A stretch of 64,000 bases of DNA from a virus, in IMG/VR virus record IMGVR_UViG_3300032360_000001, positions 25,346 to 89,345 of that record. One strand, written 5' to 3'. The notes under the pieces are model-generated. The model was not told where the DNA came from, searched no databases, and saw nothing but the letters and a program-made list of their open reading frames with translations. Of the stretch, positions 44,874 to 54,118 are shown in pieces; the stretch's first letter is position 1, and each line of letters begins with the position of its first letter. A program made the translations under genes and the position numbers.

Positions 44874-44892
44874 GATGTAACCTTACACAATT

Positions 44893-45096
44893 TTATCTAA
44901 GTATTCTGTGCTTTATAACTTTTTTTGTCTTTTTGTCAGAATAAAGAAATACTATTTGATCCCTACCCTCCATTGGGTTGAAATACTTCACCCACTCTAC
45001 ATGGAAAGGGTACCTGTCGGAGTTCCTGTAAAGGTCGGTGAGGTCCCAGCTTCCGTCCCTTTTTTTGTGCGGCTTTTTTTTATAGTTTTTTTTCAC
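44893..45096 (-). CDS. Hypothetical protein
   Basis: Probable GTG start overlapping the ClpP stop (GTGA). Confidence 0.55.
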   Translation of the reverse strand: MKKNYKKKPHKKRDGSWDLTDLYRNSDRYPFHVEWVKYFNPMEGRDQIVFLYSDKKTKKVIKHRILR

Positions 45097-45836
45097 TTCT
45101 TCTTTTTCTTTTTGCCCGCCGGGTGTTCGGGCATCATCGCTCTGATTTCGTCGACCAGCCCCGACTCTAGACATTCGTCTGCATCTATCCACCAATCTTT
45201 GCGATCCCAGTTTCTTTTAATTTTTTGTTTAGATAATTTAGATCTGGAAACGAAAATATCAAGACAACGTTCTTCAATTCTCTTAACTAGCTTCACCTCG
45301 TCCTCTACTTCATAGGTTTTGCCGATTGCCCCGAAAGCTGCTCTGTGGATCATCATCCATGCTTGGTGGCCTATCCACCTGATATCTCCAGCTTGCAAAA
45401 GGATACCAGCCATGGACGCAGCCATTCCTAAAGAACCAGTTATAACTTTGTGTCCTTGGGATCTCATTTCTTGAAGAAAATCAAACAATTCGAAACCATC
45501 AATAATACTTCCTCCGGGTGACGAAAAGATAATCTCCATATCACATTCTGGATCTAGGCGGTGCCATTGCGTAAGCTTGCTCATGCATGCCTGCACAGAG
45601 TTAGAGTTAACATCTTTATTAAATCTGTAAAGATGATTCTCCTCGTCGGTTGTGAGTTCTTTTTTTCTTGAAATATAAGCCTTCTGGTACTCGATTTCGA
45701 CTTTACCTGCTTCGGCAAGGAGTTTTCTTGTCTCTGCGTCCTGCCTTCTTATTTCAGATTCAGATTTTAATACTTCCGCCTCTTTAATCTTAAGGTCGGC
45801 CTTGATTTCTTCTTTTGTTCTTTTTTCTTCACTCAT
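45093..45836 (-). CDS. clpP: ClpP-family serine protease with an N-terminal coiled coil
   Basis: SPGGS, MAASMAG (catalytic Ser), MIH (His), DWWIDADECLESGLVD. Confidence 0.88.
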   Translation of the reverse strand: MSEEKRTKEEIKADLKIKEAEVLKSESEIRRQDAETRKLLAEAGKVEIEYQKAYISRKKELTTDEENHLYRFNKDVNSNSVQACMSKLTQWHRLDPECDMEIIFSSPGGSIIDGFELFDFLQEMRSQGHKVITGSLGMAASMAGILLQAGDIRWIGHQAWMMIHRAAFGAIGKTYEVEDEVKLVKRIEERCLDIFVSRSKLSKQKIKRNWDRKDWWIDADECLESGLVDEIRAMMPEHPAGKKKKKK

Positions 45837-45862
45837 AATGCGTTTCTCCAAGTGACCTTATC

Positions 45863-45899
45863 AAAAAAAGGCTACACAAGTGTTTACACCCGCATAGCC
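45863..45899 (-). terminator. Intrinsic terminator after the lysis-like cluster
   Basis: GGCTATGCGGGTG-TAAA-CACTTGTGTAGCC followed by a T tract. Confidence 0.75.
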
Positions 45900-45929
45900 C
45901 TGTTGCTTTAAAAAGCTTTTCGTGTAGAA

Positions 45930-46154
45930 TTAATCCTTGGGTATGCCCCCTGCGTACCAACCCTCCGGCAGCTTAACTTTATTCTTACTAAGCACCCATT
46001 CTCCGTTTTTAAGTATATAGCATTTTCCGGTTACATTTGGGCCAATTCTTATCATGTCTGCGCCAGTATCAACAAACACTACACGAGTGCTTCCGCACCC
46101 CATAAGGAGAAACGCAAAACTAAGAATCGTCAGATTTTTCAATAGGTTCTTCAT
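45930..46154 (-). CDS. Lipoprotein, o-spanin-like
   Basis: MKNLLKNLTILSFAFLLMG-C lipobox; overlaps the 3' end of the upstream gene. Confidence 0.6.
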   Translation of the reverse strand: MKNLLKNLTILSFAFLLMGCGSTRVVFVDTGADMIRIGPNVTGKCYILKNGEWVLSKNKVKLPEGWYAGGIPKD

Positions 46155-46317
46155 CTTTTTTGTTTTTTGACTTCTCAAGCTGCTTGTTTATTCTATCCCG
46201 CCACCTATCTCTTAGGGACTGAGGTATATCATCCGCGTCTGAAGCTTTAGTATCTTTCTTTACTTCCGCCGTCAGCCATTCTAAGACGGCTTTTATAAGT
46301 GCCGTCAGCCAAGCCAT
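46120..46317 (-). CDS. Small protein with an N-terminal amphipathic helix, i-spanin-like
   Basis: MAWLTALIKAVLEWL; lies between the holin-like and lipoprotein genes. Confidence 0.45.
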   Translation of the reverse strand: MAWLTALIKAVLEWLTAEVKKDTKASDADDIPQSLRDRWRDRINKQLEKSKNKKDEEPIEKSDDS

Positions 46318-46323
46318 TTTGGA

Positions 46324-46533
46324 TTAACCCTTCTTGGCGAGACCTCTAGACACTGTGTATCCGACTGCTGCCAGCCCAGAAACCACCATGCCAAAGACTT
46401 GGTTCGCTGTTCCACTGGCCTCTGGATCGAGCACATCTGCTCCCCAGAGCAATGATCCCAATGCGACCACCACTGTCAACCAGAATTCCGTAGTTTTCCA
46501 ACCCGGCTTCACTTCGTTCTTTTTTACTGCCAT
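46324..46533 (-). CDS. Holin-like protein
   Basis: 69 aa, two transmembrane segments, KPGWKTTEFW N-terminus and a basic C-terminus. Confidence 0.65.
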   Translation of the reverse strand: MAVKKNEVKPGWKTTEFWLTVVVALGSLLWGADVLDPEASGTANQVFGMVVSGLAAVGYTVSRGLAKKG

Positions 46534-46589
46534 AATATTATTCCCTTAATCTGTTCAATTATAAATGGTAATTGCGAAAAATACCAAAT

Positions 46590-47774
46590 TTATACTCCGA
46601 GCTTCTTGAGCTCCTTAAGTTTTTCGTCAGGGCTCGCTAAGCCACCAATTGTTGTAAATACGGTGAGGCTATCTTTGTCTCCGGAATAAATTCCCCTGTG
46701 TACAACGTTCCCAGCGGCAAGCATCCGACACAGCTGGTCAAAGGCTTGATCTAGGTTAGCTTGAGGTATATTGTCTAATTGATTCTGTCCACCAACGACA
46801 ATTGCTCCAGCGCAACTACCAGTAGATAAGTCTATTCCTCCAGATAATACTCCACTATTGAAATTGTCTCTTACAGCCCTAGAGATACTGACGGGATTTT
46901 CCCAATCATTAACTGGTGCTGCTCCAAAGACCATGAGTCCTGAGTCTAGGACGTTCTTATAATCATTCGCGTCAAATGCGGTATAAGAGCTATCTCTAGC
47001 CGCAGTCAAATTAAATAGATGGAAAAGCCCAGCCATACTCATATTAGCGGTTTGCCAAAAATTCGATACCACAAGGTTCGGGTATACTTTTCCTATCCTT
47101 TCGTTGTCGATGACCACCAAAGGAGAAACCACGCCTTCCTTAACTAACGCATAGACGCTTTTTAGGCAATCATGAGCATTAGCGTTGACCTTCTTACCTT
47201 CTGAAGCTTTCGGTAAAGCTAAGATTACTCCTACTTTAGAAGTGGAGCATCCGAGTGTCTCTTGTAGCTCTTTAGCTGCGCGAACCAATGGTACCACAGT
47301 ACCACCTCCGGTTCCGCCACCAGCGCCTGCACAGACCATAATTCTATCAAGCTCTTCGCCAAAAGAGTACCTCATGAAATCTATTACATCTTCTTTTCTT
47401 TCTGCGAATACCTTTCTGGCGACTTCAGGGTCTTTCCCCGCTCCTCCTTCACCAATGCAAAGTTTATTGTTTAAATTAACCGTATTTAAATCCTGCTCAG
47501 CGGTGTTTAGAACCGCAATTTTTCTATAACCCAAACCGTGAAAAGTCTCAGCTATTCTTGATCCCCCTTGTCCAGCGCCGATAAATGCAAATTTGAATGC
47601 TACATCAATTTCGTCCTTCACTTCGACTGTCTGCTCCGACTGTGGGGCAGGCATGGGGATGTCTGGCAGGGATAGATCTGGTCCAGATGGGTTATTGTAG
47701 CCGACTACCCCTTGTCCGGCTTGGCCCTCTATGGGCAAGTCTACTTTTATAGAATTATCGTTTTGTTCTTCCAT
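46590..47774 (-). CDS. Tubulin/FtsZ-family GTPase
   Basis: GAGQGGSRIA, GAGKDP, signature GAGGGTGGG, IDNE and FDAND (T7-like loop). Confidence 0.93.
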   Translation of the reverse strand: MEEQNDNSIKVDLPIEGQAGQGVVGYNNPSGPDLSLPDIPMPAPQSEQTVEVKDEIDVAFKFAFIGAGQGGSRIAETFHGLGYRKIAVLNTAEQDLNTVNLNNKLCIGEGGAGKDPEVARKVFAERKEDVIDFMRYSFGEELDRIMVCAGAGGGTGGGTVVPLVRAAKELQETLGCSTSKVGVILALPKASEGKKVNANAHDCLKSVYALVKEGVVSPLVVIDNERIGKVYPNLVVSNFWQTANMSMAGLFHLFNLTAARDSSYTAFDANDYKNVLDSGLMVFGAAPVNDWENPVSISRAVRDNFNSGVLSGGIDLSTGSCAGAIVVGGQNQLDNIPQANLDQAFDQLCRMLAAGNVVHRGIYSGDKDSLTVFTTIGGLASPDEKLKELKKLGV

Positions 47775-47783
47775 GATTAACCT

Positions 47784-47945
47784 TTATTTTTTAGCCTTTT
47801 TCCTAAATGTCACCCCTCTTGCATCTCGTCTTTCGGCAGCTTTAAGAAAGCGGGGGTGTACTCTGTCTACAAGGTTTTTCAGCCTGAAAACCCAAAAACC
47901 AAGACCAGCATTCACCAAAAGACTTAAAATTAACAGTTCCAGCAT
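47784..47945 (-). CDS. Small membrane protein, 53 aa (not in the ORF track)
   Basis: MLELLILSLLVNAGLGFWVFRLK...KKAKK; GTGTAAT 10 nt upstream. Confidence 0.65.
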   Translation of the reverse strand: MLELLILSLLVNAGLGFWVFRLKNLVDRVHPRFLKAAERRDARGVTFRKKAKK

Positions 47946-47962
47946 GCTTCTCTTATTACACC

Positions 47963-49273
47963 TTAAAAGTTAAAACCAGAGAAGGCAAATCCTGTTTCGA
48001 ATACCATTCCACTCATGAAGATACCCTTCCCTCCGACCCCTTCTGCTACATCAGTTATAAAATTTAGCTCTACCTCTCTCCCTTGATTTACTTGGTTTGT
48101 AAAAGAAAAATTATCCAAATTTGACCCAAGAACATCATACCTAAGCCTTACGTCTTGCTCAAAACCCGGACACCACATCGTAGGAGCCTTACATTCAAAG
48201 ACTAAATCATATGGATAATCTTTTGATATGAAATTATGTAAATCGCCTGTTCGGGTTTCCCCCACCAGTCCCTTTATTCTAGTCGTTACGGTAATTGGGT
48301 ATTTTATGGGTCGGTCTATAGGTAGTTTATGACCCAACCCTTTCCACGCGTGTCTATTTATTTCAATTGAGATGGCTGCGTTTTGAACGCTAAGATCTCT
48401 ATAATTTATACCGGCGTCCAGTATGTCTTCTTTTTCTGTTCCATATAGGGGCGCGGTTATTCTAAGGTTCATGTCCCCTATTCTTAGTGGCTCAGCTACC
48501 CCTGATACATTACCGCTGACTTCACCTTTAAGTTTCGGAATCGTGAAAATGTTATCATTTACAGGAGTAAAGTCTACGGTTTTCATTGCGGGAATAAACC
48601 CTGACCCACTCGAATGATACTGTATGTTCGCGCACTGATACGACGTGTTGACAACTATGGGGCTATTGAGGCTAAATTCTACATCATATTTAGCCAAGTG
48701 GCAGTCACCGAAAGATACACAATGGATTTTCTCGTATTGCTCGTCTGGGATGTCTTTCATATCCGTTCCTTCGGGGGCTATACCTAAAAACAAATTTCTT
48801 TTATCCCTATCAGAATATGGCCAAGCAGATGTAAACACCTTATTGTCCACGGTATTAAATCCGCTATACACTGGATAACTTTCCCTACTGAGCATTCCGG
48901 ATAAGCAAAATATCCCAGTATTGTTTGCGTGAAGTGGATCCGTCCAAGAGTACCCGGTGTGAAAATTGACGTCGAACCCCATTCTGATTTCGTTTTTTAA
49001 ATCAGAAGCAATATACGAAAAATTTACATTAACATCGGGAGGCGTAATGATAGCTCTTTTCACGGTCTCCCTTCTACCGAGTTCACTTACCGGAACTCTA
49101 TTGTTGATTATCTCATAGTCTAAAGATTGAAGGCCGTTGAGTTGCTTAAGTAAATTGGTGGAGTTCACATTACCGGTAGGATCGCCACTCGCATTTATGA
49201 AGTGATAACCGGTAGACGGCGCAGGACCCACGTATAGAGCCTGAGATTGTGAAGTTATCCTTACTCTTGACAT
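47963..49273 (-). CDS. Tail-tube-like protein, paralogue of 18849-20156
   Basis: MSRVRITSQSQALYVG versus MARNRVIYQSEALYVS; LG...DRPIKYP versus LG...SREITFP; GIFMSG versus GLYMSG; nearly the same length. Confidence 0.75.
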   Translation of the reverse strand: MSRVRITSQSQALYVGPAPSTGYHFINASGDPTGNVNSTNLLKQLNGLQSLDYEIINNRVPVSELGRRETVKRAIITPPDVNVNFSYIASDLKNEIRMGFDVNFHTGYSWTDPLHANNTGIFCLSGMLSRESYPVYSGFNTVDNKVFTSAWPYSDRDKRNLFLGIAPEGTDMKDIPDEQYEKIHCVSFGDCHLAKYDVEFSLNSPIVVNTSYQCANIQYHSSGSGFIPAMKTVDFTPVNDNIFTIPKLKGEVSGNVSGVAEPLRIGDMNLRITAPLYGTEKEDILDAGINYRDLSVQNAAISIEINRHAWKGLGHKLPIDRPIKYPITVTTRIKGLVGETRTGDLHNFISKDYPYDLVFECKAPTMWCPGFEQDVRLRYDVLGSNLDNFSFTNQVNQGREVELNFITDVAEGVGGKGIFMSGMVFETGFAFSGFNF

Positions 49274-51309
49274 GGGTCAACTTCCGATCTGCTTGCATGT
49301 AATATTCCTGCCAGATATGAGTCAACTTGATGTTCGCATGCTATTTCGTTAATAGAGTTTACCGCTTCTTTATTCGTGTCCTTGGGGGCTTTTATATATT
49401 TTCTTATATAAGTTACCTTGTTCCAATTCTTAGAATCCTCATTCGCAATCACTAGCTGCGCTATATTTTCGACCACCTCCATTTGCAGGGTATCCAATTT
49501 CTTAAGCTTGAATTTCTTTTTCAGTTCTATTTCTATTTTTTCCTCCAGCTTATTCGCGAGAAGCATATTGTCTTTTATTTTGTCTATACTGAACAACGCT
49601 TTTGATTGTTTCTCTCCAATTTTTCCGGGCTTTCTATCGCTTGGTTGCGGTGTGCTAACCCCAGCGGGTCTACCTACCGGGCCTCCTCGCTGAGGCGGCA
49701 TCGCGAGTTTTGGAGCCTTCGCGGCCTCCTTCGCTTTCTCTTTGCCCATTTTCTCTTGAGACTTGATATTTTTATCAGCGAGGTCCATTGCTCCCTTTTG
49801 GTTTTTGTCTGCTATTTCTTTTTGGGTTTCTGGTCCTCCTAACAACGGCTCGTATAAACCCTTATCTCTGAGTTTTTTGTATTCCATTTGAGACTCTACA
49901 GACGAATCGGAATCGGGTAGTCTATTATCTGAAATAGCCAACATACCTTCTTCTGGGGTAAGCACGCCAAGCTCAATTAGTCTGCTATATATTCTTTGCA
50001 TGTTGTAGTCCTGTTTGAGCGGCGTATCTTCGAAATGAGCTTGTGGAAACTTCCTGAAGCCCATAAGTTTTGATATCCTTTTAATTTCGGGCATCAAGAA
50101 GTCTTTCATGAAAGATTGTCTGGCCTGTTTTAGCCTCGCCATAAAGACTTCTGTCTTAGTTTGCTGATTAGCATACTTTTCTCCACCTACTAAAATATTA
50201 TTTAGTCCGATATTTATATCTCTTTCCACTACTTCGTATTTTTCCGGAGAAAGCAAGGTCCCAATTTGCGGGATGACAAATTCAGCTTTCGTAGTATAAT
50301 CCGAAACTAAAACTCTCCCTATCGACTCGTTGATGAAAAGAGACTGCATGCGCTCAAGATTTTTTTGGTTAACTCCGCCTTTGTCTGGCTCATTGCCCAT
50401 TGTAATTAAAAGTATAGCTTGCTGCATGGTTCTGGTGATTGCCATGTCCATTTTTCTCATTTCAGCTTTGCAGTTTATCGCTTCGAGAACAGGCCAACCC
50501 ATTGGGATCGCCAAGGGCTCGTAATCCTGTTTCTTGTAAAAAATAGCTAGAGTTTTGTCTTTGTCCAAGGGGAGCCTTATCGCATGATTCCCGGGCTTGC
50601 TAATTTGTTTTTTTATGTCTGGTGGAAGCGTCTTGTAGAGTTCCTTGTCTTCCTCTGTTCTGGGTGATCTTAACCTTTCTATTTCATAATCAGAAAGAAG
50701 CTTGTAATAATCATTCCTTACGAATGAAACGTTTCCGCCTGATTCAATACTTACGGGATTAAGTATAACGTACCTTATTGGTAACAGGAGATCTTGAGCT
50801 TTGCTTGAGAGGATTTTGGTTTTGAAAACTCTCGTGAGTTTGTTCACTTCGTTTATCGGTATCTTCCCGTCAAACCTATGTATAAATACATTACCAGATC
50901 TAAAGTACTCTCTGAAAAATTTATCCTGTAATCCCCATATATTAATCTTTTCCAAAAGCGCTTCAAAGAATTGTTTGGACTTTTTTGACCCTCCCGTAAA
51001 ATAGATATTCTCGATGGAAAATTCAGTCATCAAGTCAATGGTGTTACGAAACACCGCAAAATTCCAATATGCTTTTTGACAGAGGACGCATGCCTCCCTA
51101 ACGTCCATATTGGTATATTTTGCTATACCTTTGGAATAATTGAACGGAACCAGCCCGTTCTCTATGTTGGTGAACCTGTTAGTCCTTTCTATGGTTCCGG
51201 CAATGTTACGGCGGGATCTGGTTTTTTTCTCGGCGTTTACGTAAGCCCGAGACTCTTCCATTCCGGTCATTAGAGGTTCAACTTCTACGGTTTTCTTTGG
51301 TCTTGGCAT
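49261..51309 (-). CDS. Portal protein
   Basis: 682 aa directly after the terminase; NTIDLMTEF, FFREYFRSGNVF, KKQDYEPLAIP. Confidence 0.82.
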   Translation of the reverse strand: MPRPKKTVEVEPLMTGMEESRAYVNAEKKTRSRRNIAGTIERTNRFTNIENGLVPFNYSKGIAKYTNMDVREACVLCQKAYWNFAVFRNTIDLMTEFSIENIYFTGGSKKSKQFFEALLEKINIWGLQDKFFREYFRSGNVFIHRFDGKIPINEVNKLTRVFKTKILSSKAQDLLLPIRYVILNPVSIESGGNVSFVRNDYYKLLSDYEIERLRSPRTEEDKELYKTLPPDIKKQISKPGNHAIRLPLDKDKTLAIFYKKQDYEPLAIPMGWPVLEAINCKAEMRKMDMAITRTMQQAILLITMGNEPDKGGVNQKNLERMQSLFINESIGRVLVSDYTTKAEFVIPQIGTLLSPEKYEVVERDINIGLNNILVGGEKYANQQTKTEVFMARLKQARQSFMKDFLMPEIKRISKLMGFRKFPQAHFEDTPLKQDYNMQRIYSRLIELGVLTPEEGMLAISDNRLPDSDSSVESQMEYKKLRDKGLYEPLLGGPETQKEIADKNQKGAMDLADKNIKSQEKMGKEKAKEAAKAPKLAMPPQRGGPVGRPAGVSTPQPSDRKPGKIGEKQSKALFSIDKIKDNMLLANKLEEKIEIELKKKFKLKKLDTLQMEVVENIAQLVIANEDSKNWNKVTYIRKYIKAPKDTNKEAVNSINEIACEHQVDSYLAGILHASRSEVDPCQE

Positions 51310-51350
51310 ATCAAAAAGAATTTACACGGTTTTTCTTGGTTTTTTTTGGA

Positions 51351-53186
51351 TTATTGTATCATGAACGGAGTAAAGGTATCCTCGACTCCAATCATTTTAG
51401 CATTTTGTATATCATAATAGCACTTAATGCCCCAACATCCAAGCATTAAAGTTGTATAGTTATCTTTTCTGGCTTTATGCGCGGATGTGCTTTTCTTAAG
51501 GTGAAGGGGCAAGTCGAATGTTTGGGTTCCCTTCGCTGTGCTTTTTACCTCTACAAGAGCGCATTGTTTTTTTGTTTGATATATTAGGGCGTCTTGAGTT
51601 TCCACAAACTCTAATGTGTTTATTTCATTAACGTCCTTTAAGGGGAGCTTCTTAGATGTGTTCCTGTTGAACGCTGGGTCACACGCTGCTGCTCTCGACG
51701 CGAACCATACCTTCTTATGGTCTATGCATGTTTGGAGATGCTCATTCGCCTTTCTTATAAAGTCAGAAGTAAACACCTGTTTGAAGCATATATAATTGGC
51801 GGTCTTATTATACGCTCTGCCTGCTCTCGCGATTTCTTTTCTGTAATCTTCTCCGTCTTTGGCGCTATTGAATTCGAAAAAATTTATCTTAATTTTACTC
51901 TCTTTAAACATGGCGGATGCATTGGCGCTATCTATGAATTCTGCTCCTGCATTATCAATGATAACCATCTCTATATTAAAATGAGTTAAAATGTAATGAA
52001 GGTATTTTATATGGTCCGTCAAATTCCCACCAGCTACAGCGTAAGTATGGACCAGTGTGCCCTGCTGGGTTTTATCGTCTAGCTCCAGCACAGACATTGC
52101 AAAAAAGTCAGACGACGGACTGTTACTAAAACTTGGATCGATGCCCAATATGTATTTTGACCCCTTGGTTCCAAATAGTTGCGTGGTTGGCTCCTCCCCA
52201 TCTGGAATTGTACATTCGTGCATTTTTCTGGCACTAAAATAACTATCGCTTCCGTCGGTAAACGTAGCGCAATACTCGCGCAAGAAAGAACTATGGCTCT
52301 GTCCCCCGCCTTGAGCTTCCTCAATAATAATTGGGTCGATCATTTCCTCCGGGAGAGATTCGTATCCCATTTGGGAAATAAAATATTTTGCGTCCCCAAC
52401 CTTTTCTGGCGTGGTTATTTTCTCCATCCATTCTTTGTATGTTTTGTATAGATTTTCAAATGTATAACTGGCTGAGGAAAGGGCAACCATCTTTGATGTG
52501 TTTTCAAAAGCCATTCTGTCTTCTTCTTTCATGGCTCCCTTCTTGATTAGATTGTCTTCCATTTCCCTGATCTCTAGTCGCTCTTTAATATTTTGTGGTG
52601 CAACCAAGAACGGCATAAGGACGTTAGATATGATATCTTCTGGAATGAGGAGATACTCGTCTAGCACTAGGACGTTTGCCCTGAAACCACGAATCTTTTC
52701 TCCGTTGAGCGGGATGGCTGTTATGGTTCCTCCGTTTATCTTCCATTCATACTGATCGTTTCTTTTGATCTTCGCGCCAAAGGCTTGCGCTAGGAGTTCG
52801 GCACCTTCTGATTCTACTATGGTTTCCAGATTGTTAAATATAAACCTAGCGGTTCTAAAGGTCGGCCCGGCTATTAAAATTTTTGTCCTTGGCTCAAAGA
52901 TGCACTGCAAAAAACAAAATACACTTGCGATGAAAGTCTTACCACAACCACGACCCCACACGCACATAGAAAAGTTCCTATTCATTAAGGCCTTTAAGGT
53001 CACCTCCTGATAGGGCGCTAGCTTTATACCTGAAATAAGCTCCGTTGTAAGGCCTAGGTTGCTCCTTAGGAATTTAGCTAGGGTAATTTTTGCCTCCTCG
53101 TCGTCTAGCCCACCTTTTAGCTTAAGGAATTCGGCGTTAATGTCCGTCAGCGGCTTTTCATTATATTTGTCTGGTGAGTACCACAT
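51351..53186 (-). CDS. Terminase large subunit
   Basis: LAPYQ, GRGCGKT (Walker A), IRG...LVLDE (Walker B), LGIDP nuclease motif and a terminal KD. Confidence 0.93.
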   Translation of the reverse strand: MWYSPDKYNEKPLTDINAEFLKLKGGLDDEEAKITLAKFLRSNLGLTTELISGIKLAPYQEVTLKALMNRNFSMCVWGRGCGKTFIASVFCFLQCIFEPRTKILIAGPTFRTARFIFNNLETIVESEGAELLAQAFGAKIKRNDQYEWKINGGTITAIPLNGEKIRGFRANVLVLDEYLLIPEDIISNVLMPFLVAPQNIKERLEIREMEDNLIKKGAMKEEDRMAFENTSKMVALSSASYTFENLYKTYKEWMEKITTPEKVGDAKYFISQMGYESLPEEMIDPIIIEEAQGGGQSHSSFLREYCATFTDGSDSYFSARKMHECTIPDGEEPTTQLFGTKGSKYILGIDPSFSNSPSSDFFAMSVLELDDKTQQGTLVHTYAVAGGNLTDHIKYLHYILTHFNIEMVIIDNAGAEFIDSANASAMFKESKIKINFFEFNSAKDGEDYRKEIARAGRAYNKTANYICFKQVFTSDFIRKANEHLQTCIDHKKVWFASRAAACDPAFNRNTSKKLPLKDVNEINTLEFVETQDALIYQTKKQCALVEVKSTAKGTQTFDLPLHLKKSTSAHKARKDNYTTLMLGCWGIKCYYDIQNAKMIGVEDTFTPFMIQ

Positions 53187-54118
53187 TATAGTATCTTTAA
53201 GTCGTAAGCGTACTGTAGGTCTATGTCTTTATAAACACACCCACATGTAAAAATTCTTTCTATAACTCTGGAAGCTTCTACTCTTCCATTTACAAATAAA
53301 AATTGGATATGCGGATATTTCTGTATTAAACTCCTTACTCTATGAAATATGAACTCGGGGGTTGCTTTTATTTTTTTTGATATATGTGGCAAGTATGGAA
53401 AACTCATAGCGTGAGTTAAGCTGTCTTCCACTAGAACCACAAGATATGCTTCTGCATCTTCTGCTCTTTTTATTTCGTTTATGAATCTCTCGTATCCCCC
53501 GCTCATGGTACCTATAAAGTCAGATAGCATTTTTCTTTCTATGTAACAATTGCATGTCGCTATTTTGCTGCTGAACGCATAGTCTCCGAAATCCAATTTT
53601 CTCACTTCGATGCCTCTCTCAAATTTAAGTGGTATACGCTCACGGGTATCTACGAATATTTTATATTCTGGCTTGTTATACTCGTAACCACTTACCATGT
53701 CGCTAAAGCGGCCATGCTTATTCTTGAACCCTAGGCCAGAACACAGCCTATAGTAATCCCCGAATAATTCATTATAGTATTGCATGGGTGGACTTATTAC
53801 CGTTCTAAGTTCCACTTGAGACGGGGTGTATATAAGGTCTCGTTTTTCTTTTCTTTTTGTAAGTACGTCTTTACAGTATTCTTTTGCTTCGTCTTCGCTT
53901 ATGCTCTTGAGCCACATTCTAAGGTTAGTGCGGGTATTAAATTCGGTAGTGAGGTATTGCTCTTTGTTTTTGAATTTTATTATTTTGCCGTCGTGTTTAT
54001 CATAGCGGGGGGAGTACTTTTGGTAATACTCTACCATGCGCAATCCATGAGCCTTTAGGTGCCCATGTAATTGCCTGTCGTTTTCGAATTCTTTTTCACA
54101 GACCTTACAGTTAACCAT
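53186..54118 (-). CDS. ERCC4/XPF-type nuclease with an N-terminal C2H2 zinc finger
   Basis: CKVC...HGHLKAH; VDTRE...GDY...IERK..SDF. Confidence 0.85.
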   Translation of the reverse strand: MVNCKVCEKEFENDRQLHGHLKAHGLRMVEYYQKYSPRYDKHDGKIIKFKNKEQYLTTEFNTRTNLRMWLKSISEDEAKEYCKDVLTKRKEKRDLIYTPSQVELRTVISPPMQYYNELFGDYYRLCSGLGFKNKHGRFSDMVSGYEYNKPEYKIFVDTRERIPLKFERGIEVRKLDFGDYAFSSKIATCNCYIERKMLSDFIGTMSGGYERFINEIKRAEDAEAYLVVLVEDSLTHAMSFPYLPHISKKIKATPEFIFHRVRSLIQKYPHIQFLFVNGRVEASRVIERIFTCGCVYKDIDLQYAYDLKIL

